Shown one piece after another: positions 37,910 through 52,368 of a stretch of 64,000 bases of DNA. A program made the position numbers and the translations under genes. Position 1 is the stretch's first letter. Every line of letters begins with the position of its first letter. This DNA comes from Octopus vulgaris (lineage: Eukaryota). The notes under the pieces are model-generated. The model was not told where the DNA came from, searched no databases, and saw only the letters and a program-made list of their open reading frames with translations. The stretch covers positions 40,920,001-40,984,000 of the forward strand of contig OX597825.1 of NCBI GenBank assembly GCA_951406725.2, given 5' to 3'.

Positions 37910-38635
37910 CATTTTGGGATTTGGCTTGCAAGATTCTTTATGTGAGTTCGTGTTTTGAAGCATATACTGTTGTGTCTGGAGAGAGTCATTCTCTTTTGTG
38001 CCGTATAATTTAATACCCTCACCGATAGAATTTCCACTTATTTCCTTCTTTACTTTTCAAGAATTTTCGATGCGTCTTGCAACCTTTTCAGTAGTTTTGA
38101 CTCTGTCTCTCTCCCCCAATCTTTCTCCTTTGCTCTCTCTCTCTCTCTCTCTCTATCGTTGCTCACACGCAACCATCGTCCATCTTTCTTTTCCTCACGT
38201 GATTATCTTTCTTTTCTTTGAGGGCTGTCCTAGAGGCTGGAAGTAGCCTATCTGTCTTTCTCTTCTATATTTTCTCTTGTCAAAGAAATATTTTTCCAGC
38301 GTTCGCTATTTTAGCTTCGTCTCGTCTAACGACCCTCCATGTTATTTTTTTTTCGTTCGGTTTCCTTGTATGTCACCACTGCCCTGTCTTTTTTACCAGC
38401 TTTGACCCTCCATAAATACCAAATTTCATTTTGGATTTTGTGGGAGCAAATGCCCTCGAAGACTCATATTGTCGTTCAGTGCTCGAAATGAAGAGTAGAT
38501 AGGCAACCGGCAACTGATGAAGGGTCGTTCTTTTGTTACTTGTCCTATTTTCCATGTGTTTCTCTCGTTGTTTGCGTATTCAACTCATTTGTCTTAGTAT
38601 TTCATGTTGTTTACTGTATGTGACGTCCTATACCA
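37910..38635. repeat. Short interspersed repeat(s) embedded in (TA)n, probably retroelement (PLE-like) tails
   Basis: Non-coding and microsatellite-flanked; minus strand 38058-38094 has a degenerate hammerhead-like ctgaaaa-ggttgc aagac gcatc-gaaa-att. Confidence 0.4.
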
Positions 38636-38992
38636 TAAATACATACATACATATATATATATACATATATATATACATATATACGTGTGTGTGTCAGTGT
38701 GCCCCTGTGTGTATGCATATGTATGCATATACATATATATATATATATATATACGTGTGTGTGTGTGTGTATGTGCACGTGATATATGTATATATACCTA
38801 CTATGTAAATGAGAGTGCATGCTTATATGTATGAAGGTATAACCTCAAAATGCTCTGAAAAAGCGCATCCTTAAGAAAAATGGATCTGATTTTCGAAATC
38901 TACTTCCCAAAGAGAAGGCTTTTTAGTAAATAATAATCAGAGAATGTAATTTGATATGATCACGAAATGTTTTTCTCTCTCTATCTGTCATA

Positions 38993-39023
<31 letters not shown>

Positions 39024-39130
39024 GTCGGTCTGTCTCTCTCTCTCTCTCCCTCTCTCTCTGCTTTATGCTTTGCCTTTCTCTCACCCTTTCCTCTGTATAT
39101 GCATATTTCTCATACATGTTGCTCCCACCA

Positions 39131-39163
<33 letters not shown>

Positions 39164-42100
39164 TTCTATCAATCTATTTCTCCAAGCATAGAATGCATTG
39201 ATTAGACAAATGCACAAGAGCCTCCGTTACACAGATTCAGGAGACGATGCCCCATTCCTATTCAAATGACTCCGGTTCCCAGTAAATCTTAGTTTTTCCA
39301 TGACCACCAACATATTGCAAAGGCAAACATTTTTGGTTGGCAATTTACCTCTACAAGAGCCCTGCTTCACCCATGGTCAGCTTTCCATTGGATGTTCAAA
39401 AGTATTTATGCTTATACACCAAATGAAAAAACAAAAACAAAACCTTTGCTTATTGAGACATTATAAATTGCCCCAAATAATTCAAAAACCCATCCTGGTC
39501 AAGAGACCTATCTATTGGAGGAGACATGGTCTGAAAGGGGAAAAATAAAATTGAAATAAAAGCATCCTATTTTTTAAATTTTCTGGCAATGATGAGCTAT
39601 TCAGCTGGTGTATACATGTGTGTGTACATAAGTACGTGTGTATGAATATGTACATGCATGGAAAGGCAATGACAGCTTTATGGCCTTCTGTTGCTCTGAG
39701 GTTTGCTTTCTTTTATTTCATTTCACTGACAACATATCTTCTTGGCTTTACTGACCTTAGGACATCCCTTGGTTGTGTCTATGCTTCTTGTACATCCTCA
39801 TAGCCAGTTTTGGTTATAAGCTAATTAAGATAACTACTTTGAAATAATAGATGCATTTTATATCTTTGCTTCTCACATGCTTGATATAGCTACTACTCCT
39901 AATTTCTCTATAAATTTGAATGTTGTTTTTTAAAATAGCACTTATCCAAAACTAAGGTTTTATCTCACCAGTTTATACATGTTCAAAAGTTTACCTAAAG
40001 ACGGTGGATTATGTTATGATGTATTCTATGAATTCATCAATTAAATTTGACAAAGAAACTGTTGTCATAAATTTTAAACCTCTTTTGCATTCTTTTTTAT
40101 ACCAACACAACACCTCGAACCATCCCTGACTCAGATCTACAGTTTAAATTGGATTTGGTTATTATGTGTCTACAATATCTTACCAAAAACATGTTACCTT
40201 CATGATTGTTTTACCTCACTGTGAATCTCTGTTACTGTACCATGCCTTTCTGACATTCTGCATATCGATGTGCCTAAATTCTAATGAATCCTATATTTAA
40301 GTTACATATATATATGATTTATGTATTTTTACAATCATATTTATATCAATTATCTTAATTTTTAACAACAAATGTCTGCAGTATGTAGATATATTATTTT
40401 ACTTTTATTTATACATTTCTGAGCAGTTGATGTAAACCATCTTAATTTGATAAAAACTGAGTTTGTTTTTTGTGTAGTAATTCTCATTTCTCAGTGCTTA
40501 TTTTAACATAGGTTCTCAGTAATGAGTTGTTTGTAATTATTGCTGTTGTTTTTAAGCCTCAGGCCAACCCTGATCCAATAGTCTTATTATCAAAACCATT
40601 CCAGCAATGACTATCTTGTGTTTTTAGCTTGAATAGCTTTACTTTATGGTTACACGTGATTTGATTGCTATTTCTAGCAAGTAGAATAACTACATAAGTA
40701 TTTTCTTGGTCTATTTACAAACTTTGTAATTAGATTAACGTTGCCTTTCACCTTGTTTATTGTGTGACAGTCTTTTGATGCAACTTTTACATCTTCCTCT
40801 TAAAATATATTGATTCCTATTCCAAGCACAAGGCTGTATAGTTTGAGATAGGGAAATTACCAATAATATTGATCCTAGTATTTCATTAGTAAATTTTATT
40901 GACCCTGCTAAGATGAAAGATAAAGTCAATACGCTGTGGGATTTGAACTTAGAGTAGAGAGATGTAACTAAATGCCTCAATAAATATATTGATAATAGAT
41001 TTTCTCCTTTCCTTCAATTTATATCCAGAAAAAACTGCAAAGTGTCCCTCTAACTATACTATACAAACACAAATATTCTTATGTGGCTACCCTACATAAT
41101 CTGTTATTTGTAAAAATTGATAGAATCTATCAATGCACACTTATAGTCACGCATAAAAACAATTAGCTAAAATATAAAACTACAATTTATCTATACATAT
41201 ATACACACACACACATATACATATATATATATATAAAGAAAAAGAGATACAGACAGAAAGAGACAGACAGACATAGACAGAAAGACAGATATTGCACCAA
41301 ATGTAATGTCATATGTATTGCTGAGGTGTTTCAATTTGATTCTGTTTTATCAGAATTAAGGTAGATTTGGATACTTATCCTTTTTATTAATGTACCAAAG
41401 AATCATGTCACATTGTTGTTTAATATACTAGAAACTGGTTAATTTTCTTCAAACTCAATCCCATTAGAAAGAAATGATACAACTAATTCCCTTTCCTGTA
41501 TATGATAAACCAAGCGCATGGGAATCAATAAAGTAGTAAGGATTCCTTATTCCTTGCGGCAACTGCAGTTATAGTCACCCAACATTAATTAATAGAAATT
41601 ATTGAACACAACAAATTTTATGCTCATTTCACACTTGTTCAAAGTGTGAGTAGCTTTTTGCCATTTTTGCCATACCTTGAATAGAAATAAGGATAAACTG
41701 GCTTAATCAACATCATTATAATCATCAAAATTTTAGTGGTTATATTTCATTAATCTTATTTGTTTTAGAATTGGACTATGGCCATGCTGGAAAACCATCT
41801 TCAATGGTTTTAGTCAATCATAAACATCCCAGTAATTCTTTCACTGTTTGGTGTTATATATTGGCATAGGTGGGATAGATCTCCTATATCTGCATTTAAT
41901 ATTATAGCTCATCCCACAATCTAGCCATTTTACTTAATCATATCTTTTACTTCTCTGTCTATTTTCCTCTAAGAACAAAGAGCAATTTTTCTACTCAACA
42001 ATCATCATTCCTTTTGCATCATTGTCACACCTGCATGTTACATAGAATCATTCCTTTAATTTCCAAGAATTATTTAAGTCTTCAAAGTCTTTCATACAGG

Positions 42101-42762
42101 CTGCTGTTACATACATACTATACCATAGCTATCTCATTTCATAAAAGCTTACAGTATAAATGCTGCATTACTCTCAAATATCCTGTCTCATAAGTGCTTT
42201 GTACAGTTTTCCTGTGCACACAAAGATAAACTTTGTTACTGACAGAAGAAACGACTTCCTAAATTTCTCTCCTTTCAGCTAGGTAACAGAAATTATTTAC
42301 CAGATCTATTGAACCATAGGAAATGATTGGGAACTTCATCTCACTGTTTCTCTTACTATTTTATTTTCAGTGAATCTATCACATCTGATGCCATTGTACT
42401 CTCTATGTTTGTCACAGACACTACTATGTCCATTGCCTTTACTAAGTGCATAGAGTTATATTTCTGCTTACTTCCTTCTAGCACATCATTTTATAAAAAC
42501 TGTAATTAATCTTTGGTTTTTGCTATGTTGACATTTGAGCATTCTTTTTCAGTTTTTATATAATAACCAAATGAAATGCATGCAAAACCTTTCAAAGAAA
42601 ATCAGATCTGATCTCTGTTGCTATACAGTTCCAAATCTAAAATGATTTGGAATGGAGGGCACAGATCACTGACAGCTAACTTCATTTTATTAAACTCACC
42701 CTTAACCCATTTCTATGTATTCTCTTAAAATGCCTCTTGACTACACATGCATGCCTTATATA

Positions 42763-44219
42763 CAAGGGCGGGCTGAAAAGTTCATAAGGTGACTGTGAAG
42801 GAGTGATGTGAAATTTTGCATGCATTAACTTCACTTTTTCTTATTGATAACTGCATTGCTTTTTATTTCAGGTAAACTAATATCTGTTTAAGGAACACCT
42901 CAAAAGTAACTATTTGCAACTCCTCTTGAAAATGGACAAAATTTGGCACTGTTGTGTTATCAAGCACCTGCAGAGAAAGAGTTTAATCCCAGAGACATTC
43001 ACACTGACATGGTTGCTACTTTAGAGGATGATGCTCCAGTTTCATCAACAGTGCAAAAATGAACAACTGAATTTAAGAGGGAACGGGAAAGTTTTGAAGT
43101 TGACCAAACGTCTGGAAGTCCTGCAAATGCCAGTACCAAGGAAAACATTGATTATTGACCATGTTTATCGTATGGTGATGGAATACAGGTGATAAACCAT
43201 AAATCAAGTAGCTAATGCTATTAACATATCCCTCGAGAGAGTTGAAAATATTCTAGGCAATGAACTTAGCAGGACAATGGTTCCTGCTCCATGGATGCCA
43301 CATCTTCTGACACGTCTTCTGATCAAAAGGACACCAGGTGGATCACATCATGAAACAATCTGACATTGTTTGAGGTGGATCCAGCTGGTTTCCTTGAACA
43401 TTCCTGAACTCAGGATGAGTGTTTGCATCATCGCTTTGAGTGAGACACAAAGACACAATCCACACAGTGGAGACAGCCCTCTTTGCCTAATCCAAAGAAG
43501 ACCAAACTCATTTCATCTGCAAGGAAGTTGATGGCTTCAGATATTTTGGAATGCAAATGACATTGTGTTTATTGACTATCTTTGAAAGGGACACGATCAA
43601 TGGAGAGTACTATGCCAACTTGCTGAGGCACTTACAAAAGGCTATCAAGACAAAATGCCCTGGAAAACTGATGTAAGGCATCTTGTTTCATGAGGACAAT
43701 GCTACAGCACACAAGTACATGGTTTCAATGACTCCTGTGCATGATTGTGGCTCTGAACTGGTTGACCACCCTCTATATTCTCCTGAGTTAGTCCCATCTG
43801 TCATCTTTTCTCCAACATGAAAAAGCACTTGGCTGAGAAGCAGTAATACAGTGATGATGATATCACATCCACTGGTGACATCTTTTTTGCCCAATGGTAG
43901 TGATAATAATATTGGTAGTAATAAATATAATAATGATATAATGATGGTGATGATAGAAATGAATGTGGTGGTTGTAGCAACAACAATGATATTGATAACA
44001 ATTACAAACTTGACTGCCATGAGAATAGTAGTAACAATGGTGTCCTATGCTATTGTAATGGTGTTAACTCTGGCAGTCATGATATTGTCTGTCAGCAACT
44101 ATTTCACCGATGGAAGAAGTGTGTGGACTGTAAGGGTGACTATCTTGAAAAATAAACCTCATTTAGTCACATTTCCTGAGAGTATTTTGGTCACCCTATG
44201 AATTTTCAGCTGGCCCTTG
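42763..44219 (+). mobile_element. Full-length decayed mariner (irritans-like) with a low-complexity insertion
   Basis: TA|caagggcgggctgaaaagttcataaggtgac ... gtcaccctatgaattttcagctggcccttg|TA; MDKIWH.., WMPHLLT, TQDE, FHEDNATAH, HPLYSPELVPS; many stops. Confidence 0.9.
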
Positions 44220-45789
44220 TAGTTCTTTTAATATGTATATTTATTTTTAACTAGGCATATGCAAATACCAGATTATCAGAACATAACATCAGCTAAGCTA
44301 CAGAAATCTATTATCCATTGATTCTGGGTTTTATTTATCTACATCAGCATGGTAGTCTAGAGAGCAATTTTTGAATAAAAACATACAAATTCAAAACATA
44401 ACATTTCAAAGCCCCCATTGTGAAGAATCTAAAGTGTCATCAATCTTTCAGACAATTTGTTCTTTGCCAAGATGGATAGGTAAAAAAAGAAGAAAAACAA
44501 ATTTGTTAGGGAAAAAATGTGTACTATTAAAGTTGCATAGTAAATAATGGTAGAATAGAAGTGGGCAAATGTATGCAGTTTCTAGCGAATAATAGTGTGT
44601 TGAACAGTAAGTTAATATCAGTCAAATACTAAAAGACTTAGATGACTGATTTGGTTTGTATATGATAGTGGAGAAAGTAGTAAATAGTAGTGATTCATGC
44701 AATATTGATAGAATAGCATTTATGTGTGAGTGGTTCGATAATAACATAAAAGCATGCATGTGTGTGTGAGAGAGAAGTGTGGGGAGAGATAAATTGCTTT
44801 CATGTAACAAGGCATCATATGTGCATGGGATGTAAGAGAGATATGTGAATGTGCAAGCATGGAAGTTTATCAGTGTGTACAGCAGTGGGATGTATGCAGT
44901 AGTAGAAAGCTAATCAGTAATTTACACCTTCAGGATCAGCTGTCCCTAAGCAAAATGCTTAATCAAAAGCCTTTGTGGATCCATATTCCAACTCAAATAC
45001 ACATTTTATCTCAGTTTCTTTCTTTTCGAAATAGATTGTTCAGTGTTTTAGAAATAAACTAAAAAATATTTTATGTGTCAAAATATTACATTCCTAAATA
45101 TTATCTCATAATAATAAGTTTGTGGTGCATACTGAAGAGGAAGAAATATTTTTAGGGAAAACTGGAACCTAAAAATAAATTATGGCTATGCTTGACATTA
45201 AACAATAAAATTTAGTCGTCTCAGTTTCACTTATTTCCCTAACATAGCCATGAAAAACATAAATGAAAGCATGATAACCTATTTTTCATGCTGAAATAGC
45301 TACTTACCTGACAAAGAGTGGATAAAATGCTTATCAAAATGCTTAGTAGTAATTCATCCCTCTTTATGTCCTGAGTTTAAATTCCACTGAGATTGACTCT
45401 ACTTTCATCCTCTTGGAGTCAATAAAATAAGTACCAGTTGAGTACCAGTTGTGTAACAGCCTAATCCATCTCCCAAACTCACTGGACTTGTGCCAAAATT
45501 TGAAACCAATATTTAATGATATTATAAAAATGCTTTGTAATGTATAATTCATTCTAAAGAATTAAGTGCACATATAATTTTATGAATGGTAGTGATAGAA
45601 TCTGAGGCAACTAGTGAGGATTGATCTACAGAATGAAAATATAAGTATATTAATGTTGCACATTAGAATAAATTATTGTCCTTATAGAAGACATGCTGTA
45701 CTATTTCATGTGCTAACTAAACATCATACCACATAATACAAGAATTGTCATTCCAGGGAAACATAGGGCAGAAATTACAGGTGTTTAAT

Positions 45790-46450
45790 TAACTCTCATT
45801 ATAGTGATGCCTTTGGAAGGCTCAAAATTCATGAGTGAGCTGACAGAGGCATTGCCAGTAAAATCAAGCCTAGCTTTTATAAATGTGCAACTTAGCACTT
45901 TTAAACTATTTTGAGACTTGAATTACATATCATTGCATCAAAGACTTGGAAAGATTCTATTAAACTTGCCATAGGAGAATCATAACTTACAAAAGTCACC
46001 ACAGTTCTTCAGCAGACCAACATATCCTGTATTGAGATGCTCCTCATATATAATCAGATATGTTGAGATTAACATCTTACTAGAGTGAAGAATGACTGGT
46101 TATCTAAGTAGTTGTTTTATGAGGAGTTGCAATGTGGTAAAAGTCCAAGACATAAACCTAAGAAACATTTTTAGGATATCATCAAAGGCAGCCTTAAAGG
46201 TTCTAAGAGTGGGCACAGAAGACTGAGAACTGATGACAGAAAGTTGATCAGTGATCAGAGAAGTGAATTACAATGATAGCAAAAGCATTTGAAACACAGA
46301 GAACTCATCATGAAATGAGTACTACACTTGACATTAATCCATATTTCAAGTTGAATATGTTTGCAACAATTAGAGTAGAGTCTGTTTGTCTAAAGACAGA
46401 CTTGCAAGATCTCATGAAAGCATTTACTAATTTACTAATTGAAGATGGTC
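45790..46450 (+). mobile_element. RTE LINE 3' fragment
   Basis: FYEELQCGKSPRHKPKKHF*DIIK and SDAFGRL motifs. Confidence 0.65.
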
Positions 46451-46509
46451 TTCTTCTGTAAAGAAGTGGCAAAAAATATATATACATTTATGTATGAATG
46501 TGTATGTTG

Positions 46510-47000
46510 GGAACCTGTTTGTTGGCCATGTTGAGGCCCAAATATTCTCAAATTTCACTGGTCCCACTCTCGAACTAATATGACCATTATATTGACAACT
46601 GTATCAGTGTGATCTCACTCTCCCGCGAACATCTAGACTCCTTCCTATCTTTTGTCAAATCTATCCATCCTGCCCTCCACTTCTCCTGCACTATCTCTGA
46701 CACCTCTGTCTCCTTTCTTGACATTTCGGTCAGCATTCACCACTCCACTTTCAACACCTCCATCCATTACAAACACACAGACTCACACTCATACCTCAAC
46801 TTCTCTTCCTCCCACCCTAATCACACCAAGCTTTCCATCCCCTATTCCCAATTCCTTTGTCTGCGCAGGCTCTGTAGTGATGACCATGACTTTGAGACTC
46901 AGTCTCAACTCATGACTCACCACTTCATCCTACGTGGATATCCCCTCACCACTATCCACACCACCATTGCCAGAGTATGTTCCATGGACCATGCATCTAA
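46510..47000 (+). mobile_element. PLE (Neptune-like) RT palm/thumb fragment
   Basis: LFVGHVE, YIDNCI, IHPALHFS, VSFLDISV, HYKHTDSHSYLNFSSSHP..KLSIPYSQFLCLRRLCS, RGYP. Confidence 0.88.
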
Positions 47001-47211
47001 GATGCTATATTATTATGGCATCAAGAATTCGTCATTGCAAAGCAATCTTGACCATGCCTTCATCCATCCATGCATAAATGCATATATGTAGGGGAGGGAG
47101 TTACAATTTATGTTGTGTTGTGTGTATATATGTATATATAAGTGTGTGTGTGTACACACACTTACACACATCTAGATATAAATATATGTATATAATACAT
47201 ACATGTGTGTG

Positions 47212-47275
<64 letters not shown>

Positions 47276-50200
47276 ATCATCATCTTTACTTGACATGCAT
47301 GTTCCATGCTAGCATGGGTTGAATGATTTGACAAGAATTAGAATAGTCAAAGGACTGCAACTTGCTCCACTGTCTGCTTTAGTATCATTTCTATTGCTGA
47401 TTATAACTCCCAACCATTTTACAGTGTGAACTAGGTTCTTTTTTCATGCCACCTGCACTATTGAGATTACTAAGTAGCTTGCAAACCAACAAACCCTGAG
47501 AGGGAGGACACTGCATCCTTGTGTTAAATGTGGCTTAAGGTGTGAGGGAAAAGGCTGGAACAGAGGTTGGTTACTCACATTTATGAGAGAGTTTGAGAAT
47601 AAATTAAAGTTGTCTCCAAGTGATAGATGGTGGTCATGAGGTGTCCAGGTAGCACCTCACTTAGCAGCAACAGTAGTAGGGTGGGAGGGGTTTGCAAGAG
47701 TGGATCAGAGAGACTAAACAGGTGTAATGCATGAAGAGAGATGATTTGTGATCTGGGCAGTGAGGGATAAAATCTATAACATGTGGGTGTGGATCACAAT
47801 ATTGTTGAATAAAGAATGTATGCATGTATGTATGTATGTATGTACATATGAATGAAGGTATACACACACATTAATAATCTGCAACTGTAATTAAAAAGAC
47901 CAGCCTTGTCATACATTAGTTCTATGTTGAAAGCATGTGTCCATGGTATACCTATAATCAAAGCCAACAGATTCATTTACTTGTGTGTGTGTGTATGTGT
48001 GGTGTTTGTTTGTGTGTATGTATGTGTCTCAAGATATACATATATATTTATGTTATGCATGTATACATACATACACATATACACCTACACACACTCTCTC
48101 TTTTTCTCACACACGTGAGGTAGGGGAGCAATATCTTTGTATCTTTACTAATCTACAAATGTCTATTTGCTTATCTACAAACATATGCAAAGTGATGGAG
48201 TATAATTGTATGAAGTATATTAGAGAAACCACGCCTATATGTAACATCACCATCTCCGATAAACAGTGAAAAACAAAAGCAAAAGGAAATCTAACAAAAA
48301 CTCACAAAAAACTTTAAAATATAATTTTATGACCCTCTTCCTTGTGTTTTATTTTTCTTTATTTAGTAGCTAGCAATTAACTAAGAAGAACATCAGAAAT
48401 AATCACATCTATATTTGTATTAGATTGTAAATCAAAACAAATTTTGATTCAACAATAGATTCTAGAAATTTAATTTTATTGGAAATATTACAAACAATTC
48501 TTTAATATTCTGAAAAAAAGTAGAATTTCAATAGGAATCTTTAAGAGATATCAGGTGCGAATGAATAGCTTGTATTAATTATACAGAGCAATAAAAACTG
48601 GTTTATATTAGAACATTTATTTTTATTTAATAATATTTAAATTTATTTGAAGAAAAATATTAACATGAAAGAAGATTAAAAAAAAATTTAGCTCTGTTAT
48701 TTACACAGCATAGTGATGTTTGACATTATGTCTACTATTAAAATGGTTAATATCTAGAAATAGTTTATACCTTTTCGTCTTAATTTATATTTCCTATCAA
48801 AATTTTGAGGTGACACTTCATCATGTAAAGATAATTCATATTTTCTTATTACATTCATTTCTAATCTACAGAAATAAGAACAGGTGTTGTTCTCCTGGGT
48901 TAATCAAGAAATAAACGCATATTAATGACTTGCTACTATTTTTCAAGGGTCTTTCATGATCGCAACTTGGTTTCCACTACTACCACTATCACTACTACAA
49001 TCACCACTCCTGCTACAACTGCTCCCCACTAGTGATGCCATTTCTATCTTTACAAGTCCTAACCACCATTGTATCCACAGCCTCAACACCATCCTCATAA
49101 AATTCATTTCATCCACCACCATAATCACCACAATTATTGTGTTTTCAACAACAACCATACCACCATCATAATCACCACCACAACTACTTTCACAACCAGC
49201 ATCACCATGACCATTATTATTATTAAGTGTTTACAATGAAGACTTGTCCACAGACATGCTATCTCTTCATGGTACTGTTTCTACTATAGCTCAATGGCAT
49301 ATACTGATCAGCACTCACTAGTCCCAACCATCTCTATACTCAACATTACCCACAACAGATAGTCCTCTTTTCCTATAATGTTGTTTTTCTTTTATCCTTG
49401 CCCATGTATTTTTATTAGTAGCCATCAATTACAAATAATTCAAGAGAAAAATTAACCATACCAAACTCATTGGTAAAGGAGAGCTTTCAAAGGCCATAGG
49501 CATAACATCTTTTTAAAAACTACAAACCCTAAACAAATGCATCTCTTATTTCCTGACTCCAATTACTAGAACTACATTATCACTTGTGTCTTTCTCATAA
49601 TGATGGAGAGTTGGCAGCTATTTCTACCAAGTGACATCCATTTTCCTATTTCAAGTGAAAGCTAATGCCTGTTGAACGAAGAACGGAGGTATGGCTTTTT
49701 TTTATGAAGTTCACTTTGCAGTTCCATAGTATCAGGTTTGATCACACCGTCGTTTAATTTAAGGTGTTTTCTTCATATACTGAGTTCACTAAAGACTTGC
49801 ATTTTGTGAAACAGAAACTATGTGGAAGACTATTGAAGAGTCTGCTCCAGTTCTTGGTTAGTAGACTTAATACTTTGCCCTGTTTAACATCCTGATCACT
49901 GGCTCTTTGGTGGCTTCTGTTACGAGCATTTGTGGCCTATAGCATTTTGAAGGTAATTTCTTCACTTCATCCCACCAGTCATGAAGACTCTGACAACAGT
50001 CAAGGTTGTTGGTCTTCTTTGTGTAAGTCATTAAAAACACAAGTGATACCTGAATGTAAAAGTAGAGAAGCATAAATGTCATGTCACACTGCAATATACT
50101 ATAAGCTAAGAAAGTAGAATCTCCTACAGATTTTCGTTCTTCATATCCTTCAAAATTCTTCTTATTTTAGTAGGTTAGTTAGAGCATGTAGTACCCATAA

Positions 50201-50367
50201 AATCTTTTCTGTCATCCTGAGACTGGTAAATGGAAGTTATTCTCAGAACAGTGATCTAGCCTAAATGCCAGTAACAATTAAGGAGATCTTAAACCTAAGT
50301 TGTATTAAAACAGAGAGAATGCTATTGCTGCATTGTTAATTGATGTGAAAATGTAAGGAATCTATTA

Positions 50368-50640
50368 TATCATCATCATTTAACGTCCATTTTCCATGCT
50401 GTCATAGATTGGATGGTTTGACAGGAGCTAGCAAGCCAGAGGATTGCTCCAAGCTCCACTGTCTGTTTGGCATGGTTTTTACACCTGGATGCCCTTCCTA
50501 ATGCTAACCACTTTACAGAGTGGACCGAGTACATTTTACATGGCACCAGCACTTATGTGGTCTGCTTTGGCATGGCTTTTACAGTTGAATGCCCTTCCAA
50601 GTGCCAATCAATTTACAGTGTGGACTTGATGCTCTTTGCA
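50368..50640 (-). mobile_element. SINE with RTE-type tail
   Basis: catcatcatttaacgtccattttccatgc...ctggatgcccttcctaatgctaacc is the reverse of 62310-62628. Confidence 0.75.
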
Positions 50641-51199
50641 AAGTACCAGCCTCCAGCGAGGTCACTAAGTGACTTGCAAGACAAAGATCTTTTGAGAGGT
50701 AGTTTTGGAGGAGGTGGCTTTGTGCCAATTGATGAGAAACTAGAGTATGACAAAGGGACAGAAACATGTGTCTTGCTGTTTAGGAGATAAATGGTTACCT
50801 CAGTTAGAGAGAGTGATCAAGAATGAAAGAGAGCAAGAATAGAAGAGAGTGAGAATGAAAGAAATGGTGGTGACGGGCATACTCTCAAGCTACAGGGATA
50901 AGAATATAAATTGGTTGGTAGAGCATTGCTAAGGGTGCATGAATAGGGAGATCAAGTGAATGAAGAGAGTATGGAAGGAAGAGAAAGCAGTGACTTATGA
51001 AATCTGGGTATATAGAGGTGGGGACAATAGAATAGCAATGATACAATGGGAAGGGCAGTGAGAACAGAATTGGGCTGCAGGAATAGGGAAGGAGAGATAA
51101 GCATAGTGTATGAGAAAGAGGAAATGTGAGAGAGAGGAGAAGGGAAAATGTAGTTTACTTTCTTGGGTTTGGGTGAAAAATTTTAATCAGACATATGGG

Positions 51200-51835
51200 T
51201 GGAACACAGGACTTGCAGAACTCAGTTTCACTGAAGTGAGCAGGACCACATTTCCTCAGACATCTTGGTCCATTGTTATCTTCTCCATGAGGCCCATCAT
51301 TCCTAAGATTGGTCCTCACTACATCATCCCGTTTCTTCCTGGGCCTCTCTCTTCTACAGTTGCCATCTACTTTAAGTAATCAGCACTTCTTCATATAGCC
51401 TTCTCCATTCATATGCATCACATGTCCAAACTAACGTAGTTTTCTCTCTTGCATCTGATTCTTCTTATATCCAACTTTTTTCTCAACACCTTTGCACTTT
51501 TTCATACTTGCACACTGATATTGCCTATCCATCAGAGCATACTAACTTCATTCCTCTCCAGTCTATGCATGTCCTCTGCATTCGGAGCCCATGTCTCACT
51601 ACCATGAAGTATAACCCTTCATACACAAGCATCATACGATCTGTCTTTCACTCTAAGAGGTAATAGCTCTCTGAACTTCCTCCAGCCTATTCTTATTCTA
51701 GCAACAATACTTTCACAACATTACCCACCACTGCTAATTTGGACACCAAGGTAACAAAAACCATCTACAATCTCAAAAGAGTTTCCTGGACATTTGAGAG
51801 AGTCAAGTTCCCAAGTGTCCTAAATACTTATTGTT
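51200..51835 (-). mobile_element. RTE LINE RT C-terminal fragment
   Basis: VDGFCYLG, ILHGSETWA, GHVMHM, RERPRKK.DDVV. Confidence 0.8.
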
Positions 51836-51839
51836 CCTG

Positions 51840-52013
51840 AGTGGAAGACTTCTATATTTTATGACAAAAAGTCAATAAATGGCTTTTGAAATGCAAAATA
51901 AGTCTTTATTCAGATATTGAGCCCTTGAAATTTAGACTTATTTTACATTTCAAAAGCTGTCAGCTAATACAGCCATTTATTGACTTTTGTCATAAATATT
52001 GAACTGTTCCACT
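51840..52013. mobile_element. ~175-bp palindromic MITE
   Basis: agtggaa..ttatgacaaaaagtcaataaatggcttttgaaatgcaaaataagtct / agacttattttacatttcaaaagc..gccatttattgacttttgtcataa..ttccact. Confidence 0.75.
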
Positions 52014-52196
52014 ATAGGTCAATTGACATAAACACAGGACTGTCATTACCTGACATAGTTCAACTATTCATAATTAACATTGGCAACAATGGATCATTAT
52101 AGAAAGCAACAATGGAACATTCCTGACACAGTTTTGGTAATTTCAAGAGTGAAAAGTGAATAATAATAACAGAATTAAAATTTCCAGTCTCAGGAG

Positions 52197-52368
52197 TTAG
52201 GAGGAGGAGGAGGAGGGAGGAAAGGAGGAGGGAGGTGAGGAAGAGGAGGATGAAGGCAAGGAAGAGGAGGATGAAGGCAAGGAAGAGGAGGATGAAGGCG
52301 AGGAAGAGGACGACGAAGGTGAGGAAGGTGAGGAAGAGGGGGATGAAGGTGAGGAAGAGGAGGAAGGT
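52197..52368. repeat. Purine-rich 21-bp minisatellite (gaggaagaggaggatgaaggc)
   Basis: About 6 degenerate units after a (GGA)n run. Confidence 0.85.

Noticed and set aside
41900-42690. Possible very old LINE RT fragment on the minus strand
   Set aside because: Motifs too degraded to support by eye
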